From Myxococcota bacterium (lineage in GTDB: Bacteria > Myxococcota_A > UBA796 > UBA2385): a DNA stretch of 64,000 nt. Under the pieces are notes generated by a model. That model was not told where the DNA came from. It was given only the letters and a program-made list of their open reading frames with translations, and searched no databases. Positions within the stretch are counted from its first letter, which is position 1. Each line of letters starts with the position of its first letter. The stretch is taken from NCBI GenBank assembly GCA_942491145.1, contig CALOBC010000015.1:52707-116706 (forward strand), given 5' to 3'. The position numbers were made by a program, and so were the translations under genes. Below, piece after piece: positions 55,850 through 64,000 of the stretch.

Positions 55850-56394
55850 GGCTGGAGCCCCTCGGCTTCGATCAAGGCGAAGATGCCGGGCACGTCCGAT
55901 TCGCCCTCCATGTAGGGTTGAGGGTCGAGGCGGCCGATCTGGCCCAGGGCCCGCACGAAGGTCTTGCCCGTGTCCGGGAAGCCGCACACCTCGTGGGGGT
56001 CGTGGCCGCCAATGGCGAGGTAGACCAGATCTTCGTCAAACGGGTTCGCGATCTGGTGGGCGACCCTGGTGCCAGCTGGGCACGAGATGCAGTCGCCGGG
56101 ACCGATGGCGCGCAAGGTGTCGCCCGCGCGGAGCACCCCCCGCCCGGTGAGGATGTAGAAGACCTCGTCCTCGCGCATGTGGAAGTGGAAGGGCACCAGT
56201 GCGCAGCCCGGCGGCAGGCGCGACTGGTTGACGCCAAGGCCCCGCCCGAGCGTGCGGGTGTTGGGGGTGAGCACGACGTAGCTGCCCCCCCAGCGCCCCT
56301 CGCGGTGGTTGACTTCGTCGAGGCCAGCGGCGTTGAGCACGGTGATGGGGGCGCGCTCAAGCGGGTCGACGGGGGGACGGGTGCTGTCAGGCAT
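55846..56394 (-). CDS. Cupin-domain protein
   Basis: ATG at 56394; the stop overlaps the next gene's start (ATGA). The cupin motif is PFHFHMREDEVFYILTGRG...AGTRVAHQ. Confidence 0.6.
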   Translation of the reverse strand: MPDSTRPPVDPLERAPITVLNAAGLDEVNHREGRWGGSYVVLTPNTRTLGRGLGVNQSRLPPGCALVPFHFHMREDEVFYILTGRGVLRAGDTLRAIGPGDCISCPAGTRVAHQIANPFDEDLVYLAIGGHDPHEVCGFPDTGKTFVRALGQIGRLDPQPYMEGESDVPGIFALIEAEGLQP

Positions 56395-56533
56395 GGCGCA
56401 CTCCTGCGGGGCGGGACCTGATCCGGTATCGCCGTGGGTGGGGGGCTGCCGCCGGCGGGGCGGGTAGAACCGGCCTTCAGCGGGATGTGGGGCGGTCGCT
56501 GTGGTTCGGATACGGGGCGCCGCCGGAGTCCCG

Positions 56534-57259
56534 ATGTGCCCTTTGTCCGCCCCGACCCAAGCTGCCGATCCGACCGTGCTGGTGGACCGTCTCGTGCGCA
56601 TTCATGCCGAGCTGGAGGCCTACCGGGACGGGGGCCGTCGCTTGTTTGCCACCTCAAGCTTCCAGACGAACAGCTTGGTGTTGCTGCATGTGCTCAGCCG
56701 GTTCGCGCCGTCGACCCCGGTGGTGTTCCTGAACACGGGGTACCACTTCCCCGAGACGCTGGCGTTTAGAAAGCGGCTTGAGAAGACGCTTGGGATTAAT
56801 GTTCTCGATCTGTACTCTCCCGTCTCGCGGTATCAGCAACGCGACGGGATGGGACGGTTGCTGTTTACGTCAGATCCCGATCGGTGCTGCCACCTGAACA
56901 AGGTGCTGCCACTGGACCCGGTGATTGCGGAACATGACGTGTGGATCAGCGGTGTGCGGGCGGGGCAGTCGGCCCACCGTGCGTCGATGGGGCGCACCGC
57001 CCAGGGCCGGCGGGGCATCGAGCGCTTCCACCCCATCCTCGACTGGACCTCCCGCGAGGTCTACCTCTACCTTCAGGCCCACGCGCTGCCGATGCACCCG
57101 CTGGAGTCCGAGGGCTACCCATCCATCGGCTGTGCCCCCTGCACCCGCCGCTTCGTCGACCAACCGGATCTGGGCGGTGTGGTGGACGACGAGCGGGCGG
57201 GGCGCTGGGCCGGCATGTCGAAGACCGAGTGTGGTCTGCACCTCGACGGAGCTTCCTGA
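56534..57259 (+). CDS. cysH: APS/PAPS reductase (CysH family, Fe-S type by Cys pattern)
   Basis: ATG at 56534 follows GGAG; an alternative GTG lies at 56501. SSFQTNSLVLLH, a CC pair (DRCCHLNK), CxxC (GCAPCT) and the C-terminal ECGLH are present. Confidence 0.75.
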   Translation: MCPLSAPTQAADPTVLVDRLVRIHAELEAYRDGGRRLFATSSFQTNSLVLLHVLSRFAPSTPVVFLNTGYHFPETLAFRKRLEKTLGINVLDLYSPVSRYQQRDGMGRLLFTSDPDRCCHLNKVLPLDPVIAEHDVWISGVRAGQSAHRASMGRTAQGRRGIERFHPILDWTSREVYLYLQAHALPMHPLESEGYPSIGCAPCTRRFVDQPDLGGVVDDERAGRWAGMSKTECGLHLDGAS

Positions 57260-58194
57260 TGCGAATTCTGGTCACCGGCGGCGCAGGCTACCTCGGCAGT
57301 GCCCTCTGCTTGCGGCTTGCGGGCCGCTACGATGTCAACGAGGTCGTGATCTACGATAACCTCAGCCGCAGCCGTGGCCTGTTTCTCGCCGCGATGCCAC
57401 CGGGCAGCAGCGAGCGGGTGAGGTTCATCCACGGGGAGCTGCTCGACACCCGCTCCCTCGGCAAAGCCCTTGAGGGCGTCGATGTGGTGGTGCACTTGGC
57501 TGCGCGGGTGACCACACCCTTCGCCCACGATGACCTTCATGGCTTCGACCAGATCAACCGCTGGGGCACGGGCGAGCTGGCCATCGCCGTCGAGCGCAGT
57601 GGCGCGGTCCAGCGGGTGGTCTATGCCAGCAGCACTGCCGTGTATGGCGACACCCACGGCGGGCCCGCCTCGGCACAGGACACCCCCCCCGCACCGGTCT
57701 CGGCCTATGGCCACTCCAAGCTGGAGGGCGAGCGGCTGCTGGCCAACCTCGCCGATGACTTGCACTTGCTTGTTCTGCGCATGGGCAACGTCCACGGCAT
57801 GGCGCCGGCGATGCGATTCGACTCGCTGGTCAACCGGTTGCTCTTCGACGCGTGGTTCTCTGGGCGCATCCAAGTGACCGGCTCGGGGGAACAGCACCGC
57901 GCGTTGTTGCACGTCGACGCGGGCGCACGGGCGCTGGAAGCGGCAGCGATGGGCGGGCTCGAACCGGGCGTGGTCGATTTGGTGGACGCCACCGCCAGTG
58001 TGTTGGACGTGGTGCGGGCCATTCGGGGCGTGCTGCCCGAGACCGAAGTGCTCTTCATCAGCCAGCACCTCACCCCGCCGGACTCGGTGATTGCCCGCGA
58101 TGATCGTGTGCCTCGGGGGATCCACGATGACCGAAGCATCGAGATCCAGGTGCGTGAGATGGCGGGCCGGTTCAGCTTTGGTGGGCGACGCTGA
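57259..58194 (+). CDS. NAD-dependent epimerase/dehydratase (SDR)
   Basis: The start overlaps the cysH stop (TGATG). VTGGAGYLGS and YxxxK (YGHSK) are present. Confidence 0.7.
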   Translation: MRILVTGGAGYLGSALCLRLAGRYDVNEVVIYDNLSRSRGLFLAAMPPGSSERVRFIHGELLDTRSLGKALEGVDVVVHLAARVTTPFAHDDLHGFDQINRWGTGELAIAVERSGAVQRVVYASSTAVYGDTHGGPASAQDTPPAPVSAYGHSKLEGERLLANLADDLHLLVLRMGNVHGMAPAMRFDSLVNRLLFDAWFSGRIQVTGSGEQHRALLHVDAGARALEAAAMGGLEPGVVDLVDATASVLDVVRAIRGVLPETEVLFISQHLTPPDSVIARDDRVPRGIHDDRSIEIQVREMAGRFSFGGRR

Positions 58195-58470
58195 GCTCGC
58201 CGGTCATGCGACCTCGGCCCCCCGAGCGATGCGTGCGCCGGAGCCATCTCGATCTTGACCCGCGCTGATTCTGCACAGCATCTTTACTCGTTGTTGTCGT
58301 CGCAGACAGCGTGATGACCGGGATCCAGGTTCGGCCGACCCGGGTGCCGGCAGCGCCATCGTGAGGGCGGCGACACGTCTTTGTTCCCACGAACACGCTT
58401 CGAGGCGCTACTGTGCGGCGAGTATCTTCGGGTCCCGAGAGTGGGGCAGCTCTCCTGCGCTGAGGCCGGC

Positions 58471-61400
58471 ATGGCAAGATCCCTTTCTGCGACTGTGATT
58501 CCCCTACTTGTCCTTGCTGCCTGTGCTGGCAAGGAAGGGGGCTTCTCGGTCTACAATTCCAATCCCACGCCTGTGATCACCTGGCCGTCTGACGGCGAGG
58601 TCATTGAGGGGACCGATCCCGTGACCTTGACGGGGCGGGGAGAAGACTCGGAGAGCGACAACGAGCAGCTCCTCTCCGAGTGGCAGATCGACGGCACGCC
58701 CATCTGCGAAGACGTGGCGCTGGCCTCCGACGGCACGACCACGTGCACGGCGGGGCTCCCGACGGGATCTCACACCATCACCCTGGTCCTCACCGACCCG
58801 GACGGTGGCGTGAGCCAAGAGAGCGTCAGTGTGGTGGTCGAGGCCTCGAACTCGCCGGTGGTTCAGCTGCTGACCCCCGACGGCTCGGTCAACTACTACC
58901 AGGGCACCGACATCGCCTTCACGGGCGCGGTGGCCGACTCTGAGACCTCACCAAGCGACCTCGATGTCCGGTGGGAGAGTAGCATCGACGGCGATCTCGA
59001 TGTGGATGACAGCCCCGACGGTGCGGGCGATCTGGCCGGCAGCTCGCGGCTGACGGCGGGCCTGCACATCGTGACGTTGTTCGCGGTGGACGCGGATGGC
59101 TACGAAGGCTCGGACTCGGTTGAGATCACCGTCCGTGAGCCCAACCAGGCGCCCGACTGCGACATCGTCACCCCCGAGAACGGCGCAGCGTCCGACAGTG
59201 GCGTGTCCGTCGACTTCTCCGGCACGGCGGACGACCCGGACGTCGATCCCGAGCTGCTCACGGCGGTCTGGTCCAGCGACCTGGACGGTGAGCTCCACAG
59301 CGAGATGGTCACCCCCGATGGGATCACCGACTTTGACGTGGACACTCTCATTGTGGGCACCCACGTCATCACGCTCACGGTCACCGATGACGCGGGTCTG
59401 AGCTGCACCGACAGCATCCTGTTCAACATCGGCACGCCGCCCTCGGTGGTCATCGACAACCCCGCGGACGGGGACGTGGTCAACGAAGGCGACCTGATCA
59501 CCTTCGAAGGCACCATCGCCGACTCCGAGACCGCACCCCACGACCTCGCGGTCCGCTGGACCTCCGATCTCGACGGTGAGCTCGACACCTCGACCGCCCC
59601 CGACTTGGGCGGCGTCGAAGGCGACTCCGGCGAAGTGGGCTTTGGGGTCTCCGACCTCACCATCGGCACCCACGTCATCAGCCTCCGCGCGACGGACGGC
59701 GATGCGATGTACACGGTCGACACGATCGCCCTGCGCATCAACGATCTGCCCAGCGCGGCCACGATCTCCCTCGACCCCGACCCGGCGTACACGAGCAACA
59801 ACGTCACGGTGTCCATCGACGCGAACGCGACCGATGCCGAGGGCGATGCGATCTCCTACGCCTACGAGTGGTGGAAGAACGGCACGCTCACCGCCATCAC
59901 CACCGCGACCTTCCCGAGCACCGACACGGTCCGGGGCGACGCCATCGAAGCGCGGGTCACCGCCTTTGACGGCTACGGCGCGGGCGATGTGGCCACGGCC
60001 TCGCTGACCATCAGCAACTCGCCGCCGGTCACCACGGCCCCGGCCCTCACCCCCGACCCCGCCTACGAAGGCGACACGATGGTGTGCGCAGTGGGCACCA
60101 GCTCCGACGACGACGGCGACACCGTGGTCGACGCCTACTCTTGGTACGTCAATGGAGTGGTGGTCTCGGCCAGCACCAGCACCCTGGGCTCGACCTTCTT
60201 CGCCGCGGGCGACAACGTCTACTGCGGTGTGACCCCCTTCGACGGCACCTCCTACGGCACGATTGCCAGCTCGAATGTGATCACCATCTCGAACACCGCC
60301 CCGGTGGTGTCGACAGCGGCCATCACGCCCGACCCGGCCAAGGCCGCCGACACGCTGACCTGCGGCTACACGTACGCGGATGTCGACGGCGACAGCGACG
60401 CATCGACGGTGACCTGGACCATCAATGGCACCAGCGCCGGCACGGGCTCCACCCTCACCGGTGGCTTTGTCTTCGGTGACACGGTGGCCTGCTCGGTCGA
60501 AGCCTACGATGGCGCCGACACGGGCAACACCATCACCGACTCGATCACGATCTCGAACACCGCACCGGTGCTGTCGAGCGTGAGCTTGACCCCCACGACG
60601 GCGACGACCACCGACGACATGACCTGCACCCCGGGCTCGTCGACCGACGCGGACGGCGGCGCGGTCTCGTACAGCTACGCATGGCAAGTCAATGGGTCGA
60701 CGGTCTCGGAGACCTCGTCCACGCTGGACTCCGGGGACCACGAGCGCGGTGACAACGTCGCCTGCCTCGTGACGCCCAACGACGGCACCGACAACGGCTC
60801 GGCGGTGACCTCCAACACGGTCACCATCTCGAACACGGCGCCGGTCATCTCGGCGGTGGCCCTGTCCCCGACAACCATCGGCACCGAAGATGTGGTCACC
60901 GCCAGCGCGACCTCGTCTGACGTGGACGGCGACGCGGTCACCTACACCTATGACTGGTACGTCAGCTCCGCGCTGGTCCAGTCGGGAGCGTCCAGCTCCC
61001 TCGATGGCCTCACCTACTTCGACCGCGGCGACACGGTCTATGTGGTGGTGACCCCGACCGACGGCACCACCGCCGGCTCCGCGTTCACGTCCAGCACCAT
61101 CACGGTGGGCAACACGGTGCCTGAGGCCCCGGTGGTCAGCATCTCGCCGACCTCTCCGGGCATCAACATCGACGACCTCGTCTGTGGTGTGGCGACCGCC
61201 TCCTACGACGCCGACGGCGATGCGATCACCTACACGGCCACCTGGTTGGCCGACTCGGTGGCCTACACAACCGGCTTGTCGACGACCACCTGGCCCAACG
61301 ACACCGTTCCGGCGACCTACACCCACCTCGCCACCACCTGGCAGTGTGTGCTGACCCCGAACGATGGCACCGCGAACGGCAGCGCAGGCGCGGCCACCAC

Positions 61401-62253
61401 GACGGTCAGCGACCAGACCGCTCCGGGCGCGCCGACCATCGACACGCCGCTCACCTACGTCAACTCCGATGCGTTGGACCAGTCCGGCACCTGCACCTAC
61501 GGCGACCACGTCGACATCACGGTGGAGTGCAACAACAGCGTGGATGGGACCTTCTCCAGCTCCACCACCTGTCTGACCGACGGCACCTGGGACCTGACCA
61601 TCTCGGGCGTTGCCCGGGGTGTGCCCACCAACTGTGTGGCCTACGGCACGGACGCGGCGGGCAATGAGTCTGGCGACTCGAGCACGGTCAGCACCACGGT
61701 CTGTGACCCGGAAGACGCCTACGAAGATGGCACGGGCTACGGCGACTCGGTCACTGATCCTGTCGATGAGTGGGCCATTCTCGCTGATGATGGCTTGACC
61801 ACCATCAACGTCACGGCCAACATCCTGGAAGATGGCAGCGACACCGAGGACTGGTACGTCATCGAGACGGACGACAACTCGTCGACCGATACGACCGCCG
61901 GCATCGACTACTACAACCTGGACATTCGCCTCTACGACGAAGCCACCGGTGCGGCGTCCACGCTGTACAAGATGGTCGTCTACCGCGGGTCCAGCACCGG
62001 GCTGGAGTGCGCCACCACAGGCTACGACGCATACAACGACTACAAGTACGACGCCGCCGACGGTGTCCACTCGCAGCCGGCGGATGCACGGTCCTGTGGA
62101 AACTCAACTTCGCGCAATGTGTGCGAAGACAACAGCAACACCTACTATGTCAAGGTCACGCGGCAGAGCAGCGCGGTCACAAGCTGCGGGGGATACGAGC
62201 TTGAGATCACCAACGGCGCCTGGACCTGCAACAGCACCGACTGCCCGTACTGA
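58471..62253 (+). CDS. Giant surface lipoprotein: PKD/Ig-like modules, at least 6 tandem modules of about 92 aa, and a C-terminal PPC-like domain
   Basis: ATG at 58471 and lipobox VLAACAG. The repeated module is ISNTAPV...D.DGD...Y.Y.W..NG...G....C.VTP.DG. The C-terminus carries EDWYVIETDD and YYVKVTR, like pre-peptidase C-terminal domains. Confidence 0.6.
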   Translation: MARSLSATVIPLLVLAACAGKEGGFSVYNSNPTPVITWPSDGEVIEGTDPVTLTGRGEDSESDNEQLLSEWQIDGTPICEDVALASDGTTTCTAGLPTGSHTITLVLTDPDGGVSQESVSVVVEASNSPVVQLLTPDGSVNYYQGTDIAFTGAVADSETSPSDLDVRWESSIDGDLDVDDSPDGAGDLAGSSRLTAGLHIVTLFAVDADGYEGSDSVEITVREPNQAPDCDIVTPENGAASDSGVSVDFSGTADDPDVDPELLTAVWSSDLDGELHSEMVTPDGITDFDVDTLIVGTHVITLTVTDDAGLSCTDSILFNIGTPPSVVIDNPADGDVVNEGDLITFEGTIADSETAPHDLAVRWTSDLDGELDTSTAPDLGGVEGDSGEVGFGVSDLTIGTHVISLRATDGDAMYTVDTIALRINDLPSAATISLDPDPAYTSNNVTVSIDANATDAEGDAISYAYEWWKNGTLTAITTATFPSTDTVRGDAIEARVTAFDGYGAGDVATASLTISNSPPVTTAPALTPDPAYEGDTMVCAVGTSSDDDGDTVVDAYSWYVNGVVVSASTSTLGSTFFAAGDNVYCGVTPFDGTSYGTIASSNVITISNTAPVVSTAAITPDPAKAADTLTCGYTYADVDGDSDASTVTWTINGTSAGTGSTLTGGFVFGDTVACSVEAYDGADTGNTITDSITISNTAPVLSSVSLTPTTATTTDDMTCTPGSSTDADGGAVSYSYAWQVNGSTVSETSSTLDSGDHERGDNVACLVTPNDGTDNGSAVTSNTVTISNTAPVISAVALSPTTIGTEDVVTASATSSDVDGDAVTYTYDWYVSSALVQSGASSSLDGLTYFDRGDTVYVVVTPTDGTTAGSAFTSSTITVGNTVPEAPVVSISPTSPGINIDDLVCGVATASYDADGDAITYTATWLADSVAYTTGLSTTTWPNDTVPATYTHLATTWQCVLTPNDGTANGSAGAATTTVSDQTAPGAPTIDTPLTYVNSDALDQSGTCTYGDHVDITVECNNSVDGTFSSSTTCLTDGTWDLTISGVARGVPTNCVAYGTDAAGNESGDSSTVSTTVCDPEDAYEDGTGYGDSVTDPVDEWAILADDGLTTINVTANILEDGSDTEDWYVIETDDNSSTDTTAGIDYYNLDIRLYDEATGAASTLYKMVVYRGSSTGLECATTGYDAYNDYKYDAADGVHSQPADARSCGNSTSRNVCEDNSNTYYVKVTRQSSAVTSCGGYELEITNGAWTCNSTDCPY

Positions 62254-62262
62254 GAGGAACCC

Positions 62263-62793
62263 ATGAGTACTCGACGCGATGTGCTTCGTTCGATGGGGCT
62301 GGGCGCTGCAGCGCTGACCGTTGCTGGTGGTTCGTCCGCCGCAAGGGCTCAGAATGTGCGGCGCGCTGCTGCCACCCTCCGCGAAGGGGCTCCGGCTCCT
62401 TGGTGGTTGGTCGCCCCGCTGAAGCCCGGCTCCTCCTTGGGCAAGGGATGGTCCGTCTCGGGCCTGTCTCCTGTCGCCCAGGGTGCCGCTGTGCTGGCCA
62501 TTCAGCACCGCAGCGGAGCCTCCGCCAATGTGCACATCTGTGCGCTGGGCAGCCGTGGTCAGGGGGTCGCTCAGTCGGCGCTCTTCGACCTGGTGGTGAT
62601 GGACGGACGGGACGGTGGGCAAGCCACAGATGAAGATCTGGGGCGTGCCATGACCGGACTGGCCCGCCGCATCCACCGCAACGAGCTGCGGGTGGAAGAC
62701 GAGCTGCGCCAAGCCGACGGCATGCTCACCCACGGTGAGCGGGTCGCACGCTTCGGTGGTGAGACCTTTGCCCCCGAAGGCGCCGCCGACTGA
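62263..62793 (+). CDS. Tat-signal hypothetical protein
   Basis: ATG lies 10 nt after the previous stop and follows GAGAGGAA. The twin-arginine signal is MSTRRDVLRSMGLGAAALTVAG. No family recognised. Confidence 0.45.
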   Translation: MSTRRDVLRSMGLGAAALTVAGGSSAARAQNVRRAAATLREGAPAPWWLVAPLKPGSSLGKGWSVSGLSPVAQGAAVLAIQHRSGASANVHICALGSRGQGVAQSALFDLVVMDGRDGGQATDEDLGRAMTGLARRIHRNELRVEDELRQADGMLTHGERVARFGGETFAPEGAAD

Positions 62794-62796
62794 CGC

Positions 62797-64000
62797 TCAG
62801 GCGTCCATCAGCCGCTTGAGGGTCTGGACAAACGATGCCCGCAGTGCCTCGCGCTGTGGGTGTTGTCCGTTCTGGACCACCGGTTGCCCGCCGACCACGA
62901 GCGAGTGCAGGGCATCCCGGGCGTCGGCGAAGATGTAGCTGTCCAGGCACGTGTCGCCGTGGCGCCCCACCATCGCAGGGTGGTCTGGGTCCAGCGTCAG
63001 CAGGTCGGCCCGATGCCCCACGGCGATGCGACCGCAGGCTTGCCCCAGCGCTTGGGCTCCCCCCGCCGCACAGGCCCGCCAGAGTGCGCCCCCCGTGGAC
63101 CGTCCGCCCCCGGGACGGCACAGGTTGCGTCCACCCCGAACCAAGCGCTGGCCCAGCTCCAACAGGGCCAGCTCATGGGGTGCGCTGCGGCCGACGTGGC
63201 TGTCGGTGCCGACACCCATGCGGCCACCGTGGTGGAGGTAGTCCTCCAGCGCGAAGATGCCGTCGCCGAGGTCGGCTTCGGTGGTGGGGCACAGGCCGAG
63301 CACCCCGCCAGACCGGGCGAGGTCCCGCCGCTCCTGGGGGTTGGCGTGGGTGCCGTGCACCAAGCACCACCGGTCGTCCACGGCGACATGGTCCAGCAAC
63401 CACGCGATGGGCGGCTGGCCCGACCACGCCACACAGGCCTCGACCTCGCGGGGTTGCTCGGCGATGTGGATGTGCAGGGGTGCGGACTCGCTCATGGACC
63501 GCACGACCTGGACCACTTCCTGGAGGGCCGCCGGCGGGACGGCCCGCAGGCTGTGGGGCGCGACACCCCAGGCCCCGTCCGGGTCGTCGGCAACGGCCGC
63601 CTGCACACCCTCGACGATGTTGAACAGTCCAGCGAGGTCGTTGAGGAAGGGGCGCTGGGGTTCCTGGGCGGGGGCCCCCCCAAAGTCGGCGGTCTGGTAC
63701 AGCACCGGCATCATCGTCACACCGATGCCGGCCGCACGAAAGCCCGTCAGCACGGCCTTTGCGGTCTCGGCGCGGTCGGCGTAGGGGCGCCCGTCGGGCT
63801 GGTGGTGCAGGTAGTGGAATTCCGCGACCCGGCTGAAGCCTCCCTCCAGCATCTCCACGCCCAGCCAGGCGGCGATGTGGTGCAGGTCGTCCGGGTGGAG
63901 CTTGCCGACGAAGCGGTACATGACCTCACGCCACGTCCAGAAGCTGTCCGACGTGTCGCCGGCGGTCTGGGTCAGCCCGGCCAGGGCCCGCTGAAAGGCG
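62797..64000 (-). CDS. hutF: Formimidoylglutamate deiminase-like amidohydrolase; N-terminus outside window
   Basis: The frame is open to the window edge. APHSLRAV, LHIHIAEQPREVEAC, RWCLVHGTH, GLCPTTEADLGDG and GVGTDSH blocks match HutF-type amidohydrolases by eye. Confidence 0.65.
   Translation of the reverse strand, partial: AFQRALAGLTQTAGDTSDSFWTWREVMYRFVGKLHPDDLHHIAAWLGVEMLEGGFSRVAEFHYLHHQPDGRPYADRAETAKAVLTGFRAAGIGVTMMPVLYQTADFGGAPAQEPQRPFLNDLAGLFNIVEGVQAAVADDPDGAWGVAPHSLRAVPPAALQEVVQVVRSMSESAPLHIHIAEQPREVEACVAWSGQPPIAWLLDHVAVDDRWCLVHGTHANPQERRDLARSGGVLGLCPTTEADLGDGIFALEDYLHHGGRMGVGTDSHVGRSAPHELALLELGQRLVRGGRNLCRPGGGRSTGGALWRACAAGGAQALGQACGRIAVGHRADLLTLDPDHPAMVGRHGDTCLDSYIFADARDALHSLVVGGQPVVQNGQHPQREALRASFVQTLKRLMDA

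Noticed and set aside
58948-62070. Very long opposite-strand or alternate-frame ORFs: for example 1040 aa at 58948-62070 (-), 872 aa at 39582-42200 (+), 859 aa at 2941-5520 (-), 666 aa at 31236-33236 (-), 745 aa at 19748-21985 (-) and 729 aa at 10669-12858 (-).
   Set aside because: Each mirrors a gene with clear family motifs on the other strand. Their translations are Arg/Gly/Ala/Pro/His-rich low-information sequence, as expected of shadow ORFs in high-GC DNA. None has a recognisable domain.
1-64000. I looked for mobile elements, integrases, phage genes, toxin-antitoxin pairs, restriction-modification or other defence genes, tRNA/rRNA, and riboswitch-like leaders.
   Set aside because: None was recognised in any frame or intergenic gap. 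The peptide/transporter locus shows no flanking direct repeats or tRNA that would mark it as an island. The only local compositional dip is the 22.80-22.87 kb convergent junction.

Overview
This is a very GC-rich bacterial chromosome segment. Third codon positions are almost all G/C, so long 'shadow' ORFs appear on the opposite strand and in other frames of nearly every real gene; I discarded those. I support about 50 protein-coding genes. I saw no rRNA or tRNA, and no transposase, integrase, phage genes or CRISPR array.

The gene content looks Myxococcota-like, which is inference only. It includes Cys/Asp-rich MopE-like motif lipoproteins, FG-GAP lipoproteins, an AgmX/PglI-type TonB-like protein, a Ser/Thr kinase, a PilZ protein, a choice-of-anchor-A protein and many lipobox proteins. 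Most of the window is ordinary:
- Metabolism: molybdopterin oxidoreductase, gloA, cysH-type reductase, aldo/keto reductase, HutF-like deiminase, ssb.
- Transport: SulP, MATE, MscS.
- Signalling: PAS histidine kinase with a receiver protein, and the Ser/Thr kinase.
- Secreted hydrolases and surface proteins.

The stand-out locus lies at about 22.1-31.2 kb. Five tandem 16-17-codon mini-ORFs sit there, too short for the 60-aa ORF track. They share a conserved cationic leader ending in Gly-Gly, followed by two classes of 5-6-residue tails (QLTNI, or VVWDG followed by S or N). The array is closed by a strong hairpin. It lies convergent to a translationally coupled HlyD / C39-peptidase ABC / second ABC export operon. 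Upstream of that operon is a 788-aa secreted protein that ends in a (GGGGQ)n tail of about 160 aa, encoded by a 15-bp tandem repeat. A propeller-type hybrid two-component system with an AraC output lies immediately upstream of the peptide array. I do not recognise this peptide family and flag the locus as the best candidate for an undescribed peptide export or signalling system.

All family calls are by-eye motif recognition; no searches were run.
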